In this document: positions 55,415 to 64,000 of the stretch, in pieces | How positions within the stretch are numbered: position 1 is the stretch's first letter | How the letters are laid out: each line of letters starts with the position of its first letter | Origin: an uncultured Gammaproteobacteria bacterium | GTDB taxonomy: Bacteria > Patescibacteriota > Microgenomatia > Daviesbacterales > UBA10151 | Assembly (NCBI GenBank): GCA_964394855.1 | Contig: CAYMZD010000003.1 | Coordinates: forward strand, 22,607-86,606 | DNA: 64,000 nt | Direction: 5' to 3' | Notes under the pieces: model-generated | The model's database searches: none | What the model was told of the DNA's origin: nothing | Seen by the model: the letters and a program-made list of their open reading frames with translations, nothing else | Translations under genes and position numbers: made by a program

Positions 55415-58006
55415 TTAATCTTTATCTATTGACTGATTTAAAATTATTTTGTCCATAATTACTTCCATAGGAATATTGGGGAATCGAACCACCAGTCCTT
55501 TTAGTATAGTTCCGCCCACAGGCAATTTAAAGTTATAGGTATGAAAATTACCGTCCATCATAATCGGAGTTTGTATTTTTATATCTTCTTGTCTGGATAA
55601 ATATTTATCAGACAAAGGATAAATCGATAAATTTAAATAATTTTGAACTCCATTTTGTAATTCTGCTGCCTCATGTTCATTTTTTATCTCTGCAAATGGA
55701 TGCTCTATAATAAAATCCGCCAAATCAGAATCTATTTGACTAGAGTTTTTAAGAATTTCCAATTCTTGAATACCCGGAAAATCATCTTTTGGGGTCTCTA
55801 AAATAACTATTTTAAAAAATCTGGCATTTACTGGAGGAAAAACATCCTTGATTTGGCCATTGATGACACTATCCCTTTTTGCTTTATAAATTGTTCTCCA
55901 CTCATCAGTCTCATCCTTTTTAATTTGATACTCATATATACTAGGTATACGCGGTTCATATGAGAAAAGTCGTACTTCTGAAAAAGTATAATCCTCCCCA
56001 AAATTAACTACAATAAAGGGCTTTTTACCCTTTACCCATTCAACTTTATTTGCCTCCCACCTAGTATTGGGATTACCATCAACAATATACTTAGCCACAT
56101 TTTTTGCTTCATTGTCGCTGGAAAATACTTGAGCAACCTGTCTAAAATAACTTCTTTCCCCAAGATAAGTGACCAAAGCCTCCCGATAGTTAGGATCATG
56201 AATTATGCTAAAATCTATTTTTTGAGGCCTTTTTGTAATAGAACTGTCAACATAAGGATACTTTTTAATTTGATTTACCAGACTACTGGCTTTCATGACA
56301 ATTTGTAAATTCACAGGTTGATATGATGGAAAATAAGTATCAAATTTAACTAATCCATTAATACTTCTGCTACCCTTGTCATTACTGACTATCATAGATC
56401 TATACACAACTTGGTTATTATTTATTTCTATCCCAGGACCATCAATATAATTTTCAAACAGTTTAGCGCTCTTTAAGTCTATCTTTTCACCCTGCGGACG
56501 GATTTGAGAATTTAATTTATCAATATTAATTAATTGATGCTTGCTGTTATAGAAAAAGTGATAAGCTTTTGTAAAATCATTACTCTTTTTATCTTTAATT
56601 AACTCCTCGTAAGTATCGACAATTTTGATATTATCGATTTTGACTTTATAAAAACTGGCCAGTGAGCTTTCAGTGGAATATACACCGGTTCTTAATATAT
56701 CCCAAAATAAATTTTGCACAACTGGATCAGCAACCGTATCAAAAAGAAATAAAGTTTTACCCTCAAGTGAAGGCACTTCTTTTTTAAGATCGGCAAAGAA
56801 AATCTTTGTAGCTACACTTCTTTTTATCAGTTCTCCTTTAATCTGTGAACCAGCCATGAGATGGATGTAGATGAGTGCTACTGCCAATATAAACCCCATT
56901 ACTTTTAAAAGAATTCTTTTGTTGGAAAAAAATAGGATTTTTAAATAAATTGCTAAAATTACAGCAAAAAAGGGAAGCCCGAAGAGAAGATATCTTTGGG
57001 TTGATGGATGAATGGTAGATGGATTAACTAAATAATAATTAATATACCCTGCAATCCAGAGCAGAACAAAAAAAACTATAACCTTTTTTAAACTAGGAGA
57101 AATTTTGATGAATAGAAAAAATGAAATGATTACTAAAATAAAAGCAGTAGCCAAGATAGCTGGATCAGTACTAGAAGAAAGGTCAGAGGGAATTAAAAAG
57201 TTACTCAAATTTATCACCAATGTACCCAGTGATGAAAAATTCAAATATGGAAGGTAATCTTTGATTTGGCTTGTGCCTAGGTTGCTTCTTTCAATGCCAA
57301 AAAAATCAAGAATATGCAAGATATAAATCAAGAAAGTTATCAAAAAATATGGGGAAAGTCGCAAAAACGAATTTCTAAAAATTTTAAGATTTAGACTAAA
57401 TTTGCTGGAAAAATATAAATCTGAAAAAAATAGTAGAGGGAAAAGGCTGTGAGCTCTTTGGGTAAAAAGAAGGGTTAGCGCACCATAAAAAATAATTATG
57501 GAAAAAAATAAAAAAAATGATTTCTTTTGTAGGTAAGTCTGATAAAGTAACAGGAGTAAAATTACACCAATCATATAGATGAGGCTGGAGACTGAAACAG
57601 AAGACATAAACATTATTTCTGCTCCAACATATCCCGAGGCCAGTATCAAACCCGAAAGATAAGCTATTAAATAATCTTTCGTAACTCTGAAAACAAAAAA
57701 GTAAACTACCAAGCAAAGCAGAATATACAAAATTATTGATGCTCCAAAGTAGACAGTAGGATTTTCCTTAAAAAATAAATATATTGGATAATAGCTTAAA
57801 GACCAACCCTGATAAGGAAAATGGAAAAGACCTCCTTGTTGTAAACGATAAAGCAGTACATAATCATCTCTCCAAAAATATAGATTCCCAACGAAACCAT
57901 ATGTCAAAAAAACTATTACTGAATACGATAATACTATCAAAAAAAGAAAAGATTTTTTCCACATATCATCTGCCCATAATATAATCGATATGATATACTC
58001 ATTCAA
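55415..58006 (-). CDS. Large polytopic membrane protein (863 aa, YfhO-like layout) with a C-terminal discoidin (F5/8 type C)-like carbohydrate-binding domain
   Basis: N-terminal multi-TM region with FWRDDYVLLYRL in the first loop. The C-terminal KYIVDGNPNTRWEANKVEWVKGKKPFIVVNFGEDYTFSEVRLFS matches the discoidin DG-x-x-x-T-x-W ... vDLG core. Confidence 0.5.
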   Translation of the reverse strand: MNEYIISIILWADDMWKKSFLFLIVLSYSVIVFLTYGFVGNLYFWRDDYVLLYRLQQGGLFHFPYQGWSLSYYPIYLFFKENPTVYFGASIILYILLCLVVYFFVFRVTKDYLIAYLSGLILASGYVGAEIMFMSSVSVSSLIYMIGVILLLLLYQTYLQKKSFFLFFSIIIFYGALTLLFTQRAHSLFPLLFFSDLYFSSKFSLNLKIFRNSFLRLSPYFLITFLIYILHILDFFGIERSNLGTSQIKDYLPYLNFSSLGTLVINLSNFLIPSDLSSSTDPAILATAFILVIISFFLFIKISPSLKKVIVFFVLLWIAGYINYYLVNPSTIHPSTQRYLLFGLPFFAVILAIYLKILFFSNKRILLKVMGFILAVALIYIHLMAGSQIKGELIKRSVATKIFFADLKKEVPSLEGKTLFLFDTVADPVVQNLFWDILRTGVYSTESSLASFYKVKIDNIKIVDTYEELIKDKKSNDFTKAYHFFYNSKHQLINIDKLNSQIRPQGEKIDLKSAKLFENYIDGPGIEINNNQVVYRSMIVSNDKGSRSINGLVKFDTYFPSYQPVNLQIVMKASSLVNQIKKYPYVDSSITKRPQKIDFSIIHDPNYREALVTYLGERSYFRQVAQVFSSDNEAKNVAKYIVDGNPNTRWEANKVEWVKGKKPFIVVNFGEDYTFSEVRLFSYEPRIPSIYEYQIKKDETDEWRTIYKAKRDSVINGQIKDVFPPVNARFFKIVILETPKDDFPGIQELEILKNSSQIDSDLADFIIEHPFAEIKNEHEAAELQNGVQNYLNLSIYPLSDKYLSRQEDIKIQTPIMMDGNFHTYNFKLPVGGTILKGLVVRFPNIPMEVIMDKIILNQSIDKD

Positions 58007-58008
58007 GA

Positions 58009-60033
58009 GTGAAGAACTTTTTTATTAATCCGCCAATAATTACTATAACTCTAGTTTATATTCTTTTAATTCTCCTGATGTTGCCGCTTCGGAATGTAGC
58101 ATATTTGGATGATTTCGCCTATATCAAAAATGTCGAAGAGTTTATTGAAACCGGTAATTTAAGGATAACTGATTGGGCTTCCACCAGCTTAGTTTTCCCT
58201 ATTTTATGGGGCGCTTTATTTGCCAAACTTTTTGGCTTTTCCATCAAGATATTGCATGTATCCAATTTGGTCTTATTCTATTTTGGCCTGATGGCATTTT
58301 ATGGTATATTAAGGCAGTTTAATCTTGATAAATTTAAATCTGTCGTCTTTACCCTATTTCTTTTAAGCTACCCTTGGGTTTTCCAATATCTTTTTTCATT
58401 TAACTCTGATACTTTTTATGTCTCTTTAATAAACTTCACGATTTATTTTTATCTTAAGGGTTTGAGTACCAATAAATTGTTTTATTATTTTTTGGGATCT
58501 TTATTCGCAGGATTTTCTTTTTTAACCAGGCAATTGGCTATTACATTTCCCATTGCCATCGGTATAACTTTATTTTTAAAATTTAAAATTGATAAAAAGG
58601 TTGACTGGTCGGCCTTAGCGGTATCCTTATTGCCCATAGTTTTAATTATCATCGGTTATTATAAATGGATCTCCATAGCGGGAGCTTCTGCAGCCGGTTA
58701 TATTTTTTTTAATGAATACACCAAAAGGGCAATAATAGATAGACTGATTCCTCCAAATTTGCAAAGATTTGGTGACACCAGCAGACTTTATTGGGATTTA
58801 TTTTTGCAAAGGCCGTCTATATATTTCGTGTCCATTAATAACCACATACTCCCATTTTTCCTTTTATTTGCGCTTCAAATAACTAAATTTAGAAAATTTA
58901 TAGTATCAAATTTTAAGTCCTTAGCAACAACATCTTTAATTTTTTCTTTTTATGTTTTTTTAGTGTGGACTGTCTGGCAAGATAAAATTCTCTACCGGAT
59001 CCCCCAAACAATTTTTAGTATGGATAAAATGATTGATAACTGGCAATTTATTTGGCCTAGACTTTTCTTTTTAGGTATTCCTTTTTGGATTGGTATTTTT
59101 TTATTAACCTTTAATAAAATTAGGAAATTATTTTTTATTTTAAAACGGCCGTTAATTTCAGGAAGAGTATTTTTTTCTATATTTGCCCTTTTTTCTTTTT
59201 TTCTTTTTTATAAAGCCTTTGAAGATATTTTTTCCACTAATTTAAGACCTCAATTATATACTGATTCATTGCTTCGCTCCAGTGCTTTTTTGAGAACTAT
59301 TTATGTATTATTAAACCCTACCATTATCATCGAGACGTTTAAAGAAATTTGGATAATTTTACTAATTCTGTTTTTGATTTTCATATTTTTTTATGTAACC
59401 ATTATTAAAAATAAGCTAAGAATAAAGAATCTAAATTTACCCATTTTATTGATAACCTTGTTATTTTTAGGACACTTTTCCATCACCAATTTTTTAGCCC
59501 ATTCCCATTGGGAAGAATATACCATTGCTTTTGTACCATTTATAATTTTAATATTGGCACTGATATTAAAAAATATTCCCCTATCTAAAATTAGGGCTGT
59601 TATTTTAATTTTTCTCTTACTGTTTTTTTCTTTACAAATTACCAGAAATCGCTATCAGGAAAATGGCGCTACTTGGGAACTGGGAACTCAAATGGTGAGA
59701 TCTGGGATAGATCCAAAACGGGTGGTAGTTTTTAATATGTCATGGCGTCGCTACTGGCTCTGGCAAGATGCTTTTAATAAGATGGTTAACCAAAAATACA
59801 GCGGGGATAAATATAAAGTCAGGCCGGCAGAGTTTAACCCAGTTGATGAAAAATTACTGGAAGGAGTTTTTTACCAAACAAGGACTATTAATACCAGTGA
59901 AGATATCTCTCGTGGCTATGATGATAAATCTGTTATTCTTCAATCAGAACCTACTTGGCTTTTTGCAGGTAAAAGTTTTATTGTCTGGAAAAAATTTATT
60001 GTCACCAAGGAGTTTCACAAAGCAGGGACTTAA
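58009..60033 (+). CDS. Polytopic membrane protein, 674 aa, possible GT-C
   Basis: YLDDFAYIKNVEEF in the first loop and about 14 TM helices. The C-terminal roughly 120 aa are soluble. Confidence 0.4.
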   Translation: MKNFFINPPIITITLVYILLILLMLPLRNVAYLDDFAYIKNVEEFIETGNLRITDWASTSLVFPILWGALFAKLFGFSIKILHVSNLVLFYFGLMAFYGILRQFNLDKFKSVVFTLFLLSYPWVFQYLFSFNSDTFYVSLINFTIYFYLKGLSTNKLFYYFLGSLFAGFSFLTRQLAITFPIAIGITLFLKFKIDKKVDWSALAVSLLPIVLIIIGYYKWISIAGASAAGYIFFNEYTKRAIIDRLIPPNLQRFGDTSRLYWDLFLQRPSIYFVSINNHILPFFLLFALQITKFRKFIVSNFKSLATTSLIFSFYVFLVWTVWQDKILYRIPQTIFSMDKMIDNWQFIWPRLFFLGIPFWIGIFLLTFNKIRKLFFILKRPLISGRVFFSIFALFSFFLFYKAFEDIFSTNLRPQLYTDSLLRSSAFLRTIYVLLNPTIIIETFKEIWIILLILFLIFIFFYVTIIKNKLRIKNLNLPILLITLLFLGHFSITNFLAHSHWEEYTIAFVPFIILILALILKNIPLSKIRAVILIFLLLFFSLQITRNRYQENGATWELGTQMVRSGIDPKRVVVFNMSWRRYWLWQDAFNKMVNQKYSGDKYKVRPAEFNPVDEKLLEGVFYQTRTINTSEDISRGYDDKSVILQSEPTWLFAGKSFIVWKKFIVTKEFHKAGT

Positions 60034-60039
60034 ATAGAA

Positions 60040-60675
60040 ATGAAAACCATACTTTTAACAGGAGCAACTGGTTTTATCGGTTCATATCTTTTGCCAGAGC
60101 TGGTCAAAGATTTTAAAGTTAAATGCTTGATAAGGCAGGATTTAAAATTTACACATCCTAATGTAATTTTAATTAAAGGAAACCTTCGTTCAGAAAAAGC
60201 CATCAGAGACTCCACCAGGGGAGTATCAGCTATTATTCATCTGGCAGCCCAAAAATATAATATTAAAGACGCCGCCAAGATAAGAAAAGTTAATGTCGGA
60301 GGAACTATTAACTTGTTAAAAAATGTAAGTGGCGCTCATTTTATATATGGCAGTACCTGGCTTGCGGCATATCCACAAAAAACAGGACTTTATGGTCTAA
60401 CTAAAAAAAGGGCCGAGGAGGCTATTAAAAAAAGCGGTGCAGATTATACTATTTTACGATTACCGCACATTTTTAGCCATAAAAAATCTCATCAGATTTT
60501 TATCAGATACATATTACCTGTTTATTTAAGATTAAGGTACGGCGTTAAACCTATCTATCAGCCGATTGAAATAACCAAGGTGTGTAAAGCTATCAAAAGA
60601 ATCATTAACAATAAAAAATTTTATAGAAAATCTTTTTATGTAGTTGATGAAAAAACCCTACAACCTGTCATTTAG
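60040..60675 (+). CDS. Short NAD(P)-binding Rossmann protein (atypical SDR/epimerase family), 211 aa
   Basis: MKTILLTGATGFIGSYLLPEL has the GxxGxxG motif, and YGLTKKRAEE is a YxxxK motif. It is shorter than classical extended SDRs. Confidence 0.6.
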   Translation: MKTILLTGATGFIGSYLLPELVKDFKVKCLIRQDLKFTHPNVILIKGNLRSEKAIRDSTRGVSAIIHLAAQKYNIKDAAKIRKVNVGGTINLLKNVSGAHFIYGSTWLAAYPQKTGLYGLTKKRAEEAIKKSGADYTILRLPHIFSHKKSHQIFIRYILPVYLRLRYGVKPIYQPIEITKVCKAIKRIINNKKFYRKSFYVVDEKTLQPVI

Positions 60676-61456
60676 TACATTTGTAGGCCATCATATAGCC
60701 TAACCCGGATATAAATTTAGAACTTGTTTCTACTTTATAAAAAAGATTAAGCAAAATTTTAACTAATTTCGTACCCATCTTAATTTTTTTAAGGTGGCAA
60801 AGATAATCCAGCGCCCTTAGGGGACTGGGGAAAATCAAATAACCCTCTTTGTCTTCAATTTTAAAACCTGCTTTCTCCAACAAATTTTTAAACTCCCCTC
60901 TTTTATATTGAATTTCATAGCCATAATTATAAATGCCCAATTTTTGCAAAAAACCAATAAATAGAAATCTCCCCCATAAGTCATACTTAACTGGTATTGA
61001 AATCATGGCTACTCCATCGGGTTTTAAAATTCTCCTCATCTCCCGCAAAGCTTTACTGGTATCGGGAAAGTGTTCTACCGTACCAATGGAAACAATAAAA
61101 TCAAAACTACTATTGGGAAAGGGGATCTTTCTCACATCTCCATATTTTGCCCTGACATATTTTGCCTCCTTCTTAACAGCTTTTAATACTTTTAATGAAA
61201 TATCTATACCAAAACATTTGGCCCCCTTTTTATGAGCCCATAATAACAATTTTGTATTTTTAACTTCATCCCAAAGGTCTGATTTAAAAAGCAATTTGCC
61301 CTTAAAGTCACCGAACCAATTGGAAATAATTTGTTTTTCTCTTTTGGAGAAATAAATGGTAGTCGGTATTTGGGCCATTTCTTTTGTTTCATCAAAGACT
61401 TGATCCCAAAATTTTTGTAAGTTGTTAGTCGACCATTGGTCCGGTGAAAGTCTCAT
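60668..61456 (-). CDS. Class I SAM-dependent methyltransferase
   Basis: KCFGIDIS, SFDFIVSIGTVEHFPDTSKALREMRRILKPDG (Methyltransf_11 motifs II/III). Confidence 0.75.
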   Translation of the reverse strand: MRLSPDQWSTNNLQKFWDQVFDETKEMAQIPTTIYFSKREKQIISNWFGDFKGKLLFKSDLWDEVKNTKLLLWAHKKGAKCFGIDISLKVLKAVKKEAKYVRAKYGDVRKIPFPNSSFDFIVSIGTVEHFPDTSKALREMRRILKPDGVAMISIPVKYDLWGRFLFIGFLQKLGIYNYGYEIQYKRGEFKNLLEKAGFKIEDKEGYLIFPSPLRALDYLCHLKKIKMGTKLVKILLNLFYKVETSSKFISGLGYMMAYKCTK

Positions 61457-62690
61457 AACTGTCAGGCCTCCTTATTAACTGCAGCTTTCCCTTCTCTATC
61501 ATATATATTGGCGGTCGCATAGTGGTAAATTGGCTGGAGCGGGACATAGTGTATGCACCACAATCTTTAATAACTATCAAGTCCCCCTCTATCACTTTAG
61601 GTAATGTTTTGGATCTGGCAAAAAAATCAGGGGTTAATAAACTACTACCTGCTATATGATATTTTTTAATTTTTCCCGTCTTACCAACAACAAATAAATC
61701 TCTTTCGGTAAAGAAAACGTTTTCCGGAATAAAAGTAATGCTGGCATCAACAAAAACCCAGTTACCCTTGACGGCAATCACTTTACAAATCACCACTCCA
61801 GCATTACTAACAATAGAGCGTCCCGGTTCAAAAATTATTCTTAAACCTTTTAAATTATATTTATCAATTCCCTCCTTTACACTCCGGGAAATCCTCTCGC
61901 CAAAATGTTCAATCTCTGCAACTTTTGGTTTAAATTCCAGTCCTGCGAAATTTTTTAAAATGGCCTGGATGGGGGAATATCTAAGAAGCGAGGGTGAAGG
62001 GATGCCTCCTCCTAAATCAATATATTCAATGTTAATATTTTCTTTCTTTAAATTAAAAGCCAATTTCATCAAAGCATCAACGGTTTTTAAGAAAGGCTGA
62101 GCCGATAAAACTTGGGATCCAATATGAGCATGTAAACCAATAAAGTTAATGTGCTGCAATTTTGATAGCTTTTTTATTTCCTCTAAAGAATCTTCCAATG
62201 GTATACCGAATTTTGATAAATAAAATTCCACTGTTTTGGCCAAATTGCCGCTGACATTAGGATTAATTCTCAAACCTACATTAATTTTCCTTTTCAAGTT
62301 TTTACCAATTTCATTGGCTCTTTGAAGATCTGCCGGCGAATCTCCATTATATGAATAAATACCTTGCCCGAAGGCTTGAGATAGATCATCCATGCTTTTT
62401 CCTGGTCCATCCATAATAAGCCAACTCTGTTTAAAACCTGCTTTTTGACAAAGATAGAGCTCCATACCTGATGAGATTTGGGCGCTTGAACCCAGAGCTT
62501 GTAATATTTTTAAGACTTGCAGTTCATTATTGGTTTTAACGGAAAAGAAAATTTCAACGGGATAATATTTAGAAAAAGCTTTTTTAAATCTTTGGTAATT
62601 TGATTTTATTAGATTAGCATCAAAAACAAAAACCGGGGTACCTGTTTTTTTAGCTATGTTTCTTATTGGTATCCTCGCAAAATTTTTCAT
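61425..62690 (-). CDS. PLP-dependent fold-type III enzyme of the Orn/DAP/Arg decarboxylase family (LysA/NspC-like)
   Basis: GTPVFVFD ... FFSVKTNNELQVLKIL (PLP Lys), GLHAHIGSQ, LGGGIPS, FEPGRSIV, GDLIVIKDCGAYTMSRSSQF. The usual CESGD Cys appears absent in a hand alignment. Confidence 0.7.
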   Translation of the reverse strand: MKNFARIPIRNIAKKTGTPVFVFDANLIKSNYQRFKKAFSKYYPVEIFFSVKTNNELQVLKILQALGSSAQISSGMELYLCQKAGFKQSWLIMDGPGKSMDDLSQAFGQGIYSYNGDSPADLQRANEIGKNLKRKINVGLRINPNVSGNLAKTVEFYLSKFGIPLEDSLEEIKKLSKLQHINFIGLHAHIGSQVLSAQPFLKTVDALMKLAFNLKKENINIEYIDLGGGIPSPSLLRYSPIQAILKNFAGLEFKPKVAEIEHFGERISRSVKEGIDKYNLKGLRIIFEPGRSIVSNAGVVICKVIAVKGNWVFVDASITFIPENVFFTERDLFVVGKTGKIKKYHIAGSSLLTPDFFARSKTLPKVIEGDLIVIKDCGAYTMSRSSQFTTMRPPIYMIEKGKLQLIRRPDSYETFTGPMVD

Positions 62691-62727
62691 TCTTACAAAG
62701 TTATCAACTATTTTTCAAAATGTCAAA

Positions 62728-63720
62728 CTATCGAGTTCGCCAGTTTTTAGGAAGTAAGGAACTGTCAATTTCCACTTTAGTAAACTTTGGCCTCTGATAA
62801 CCTAACTTTTTAGCATAGCCCCAAGTTTTCTTTATCCCATTAAGTAGTGTGGTTTTATCTTTATAACCCAAAATATTTTTCGCCAATGTGTGATCAGGAA
62901 TGGCATTTTGGACTTCTTGGGGTCTTTCATCCAAATAAATTGGCGGAATTTTTATTCCACTAACATCCTGTATGATCTCTGATAACTTATTAAGGGTATA
63001 ATCTTTATCTGCTCCAATATTAAATGTCATTCCGGAAACCTGCAAAAAACCACACTTGTGTAAAGCAGCAACCACATCATCGATATAAGAAAAGCATCGA
63101 CGCTGATTTCCATCTCCATAAATGTAATATGGTTTTTTCTCAAGGAGTGCATTCATGAAAATAGTGACTACGTTTCTGTAGGGATCTTGCATATTTTGTC
63201 TTGGACCATAAACATTATGAGGACGAGCGATGACATATTCAAAATGGTGGATTTTAGCTAGAATTGGCAGACTTTTTTCCATCATTAATTTACTAACACC
63301 ATATAAATCTTCCGGCTCTGGATCATCGATTTCTTTAAAAGGAGTTTGTATTGCCCCGTAAACAGCAATACTTGAGGTTACTACTATTTTCTTTAAACTA
63401 CATCTTAGCGCAGGCACTAAGGTATTAATGAAGGTATTCCAATTTCTGGAAGTAATATCAATGGGTGAAAATTGGGCTTTATTTTCAGCAGCACAAGCAG
63501 CCAGATGATAAATCAGCTCTGGCTTAATCTTCTCAATTAGCTTAGCGGTTTGCTGACTATTTCTTAAGTCACATTTGAAAAATTTAGCTTTTTTATTGAC
63601 ATGGGAAAGCTTGCCGCCGGAAAGGTCATCCAAACAAAAAACCTTATTCTTTTCTTGAATAAGTCTATCAACTAAATGAGAACCAATAAAACCAGCGCCA
63701 CCAGTTACTAAAACTTTCAT
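62728..63720 (-). CDS. NAD-dependent epimerase/dehydratase (extended SDR: UDP-sugar 4-epimerase, 4,6-dehydratase or UXS-like)
   Basis: MKVLVTGGAGFIGSHLVDRL, a YGVSKLMMEK (YxxxK) motif, and a length of 330 aa. Confidence 0.85.
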   Translation of the reverse strand: MKVLVTGGAGFIGSHLVDRLIQEKNKVFCLDDLSGGKLSHVNKKAKFFKCDLRNSQQTAKLIEKIKPELIYHLAACAAENKAQFSPIDITSRNWNTFINTLVPALRCSLKKIVVTSSIAVYGAIQTPFKEIDDPEPEDLYGVSKLMMEKSLPILAKIHHFEYVIARPHNVYGPRQNMQDPYRNVVTIFMNALLEKKPYYIYGDGNQRRCFSYIDDVVAALHKCGFLQVSGMTFNIGADKDYTLNKLSEIIQDVSGIKIPPIYLDERPQEVQNAIPDHTLAKNILGYKDKTTLLNGIKKTWGYAKKLGYQRPKFTKVEIDSSLLPKNWRTR

Positions 63721-64000
63721 TTAATGAACCTCTTTTTACTAAACAAGCTGGCTAATCGATAATAAAGAATTACCGATACCATTTTCCTGGCTGTTTTAAT
63801 ACCTCCGATTAAAGGTCCTGAAATTTTTGATTTGCCGGTCCTAGCTCCATATCTAACCGGCACTTCTTTGATGGTAAAACCGTGAAGGAGCGCCAAAATG
63901 CTCAGTTCTGGTTGAAAATGGACTCCACCCACTGTAAAAAGTGATTTTATTTTTTCATAAGCATGGCGGTTTATTAATCTAAATGTTGCTCCTGGATCTG
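63717..64000 (-). CDS. GT2 polyprenol-phosphate glycosyltransferase-like, C-terminal fragment (N-terminus beyond the window end)
   Basis: The frame is open to the window edge. It reads ...GATFRLINRHAYEKIKSLFTVGGVHFQPELSILALLHGFTIKEVPVRYGARTGKSKISG, which is a DPM1/ArnC-like C-terminal block. Confidence 0.6.
   Translation of the reverse strand, partial: DPGATFRLINRHAYEKIKSLFTVGGVHFQPELSILALLHGFTIKEVPVRYGARTGKSKISGPLIGGIKTARKMVSVILYYRLASLFSKKRFIK

Noticed and set aside
1-64000. CRISPR arrays, transposases, integrases, toxin-antitoxin pairs, phage genes
   Set aside because: I scanned for regularly spaced identical repeats and for hallmark motifs (DDE, tyrosine recombinase R-H-R-Y, Cas proteins) in all listed ORFs. 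None was found. The only exact repeats are the 23-mer pair at the ftsZ leader and the 10-bp-phased hexamers upstream of mraZ.

Overview
By eye the window is AT-rich and very gene-dense. It looks like one bacterial chromosome segment, and it has a Candidate-Phyla-Radiation/Patescibacteria feel: compact overlapping genes, Mur ligases missing their N-terminal domains, a eukaryote-like type-2 IleS, and standard TGA stops. The window begins with a partial, 3'-truncated GT2 gene (1-880), followed by the tail of an ABC-transporter glycan module (877-4212): a two-domain GT2, Wzt and Wzm. A tRNA-Val(CAC) sits immediately upstream of wzm. The next ~20 kb (4359-27434) is housekeeping: lepB (plus strand), then a minus-strand run of parB-rpmA-rplU, rodA, ileS and an atypical division/cell-wall cluster (mraZ-rsmH-ftsL-ftsI-murE-murB(short)-murA-murF(like)-mraY-ftsW-murG-ftsQ-ftsA-ftsZ), a membrane-anchored hypothetical, glyQS and recO. 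The mraZ upstream region carries four 10-bp-phased direct repeats (MraZ-box-like), and the ftsZ translation-initiation region is duplicated around a hairpin. The last ~36 kb (27443-64000) is a very large surface-glycan biosynthesis super-locus. It contains a DUF4012-like protein, a PglC-type priming phosphoglycosyltransferase, about eight GT4 and GT2 enzymes, a polyprenol-phosphate-sugar synthase-like GT2, a Wzx flippase, an O-antigen-ligase-like protein, an O-acetyltransferase, three SAM methyltransferases, two NAD-dependent epimerase/dehydratases, a PLP fold-III decarboxylase-like enzyme and a degenerate APH-like kinase. Most unusually, it carries nine polytopic membrane proteins in ~26 kb, several with GT-C-type features: a PMT/ArnT-like protein with a DE motif, two YfhO-sized ~860-aa proteins (one with a C-terminal discoidin/F5-8C domain) and a DUF2723/TMEM260-like protein. 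No CRISPR arrays, transposases or integrases were seen. All domain calls rest on motifs read by eye in the supplied translations. None was confirmed by database search.
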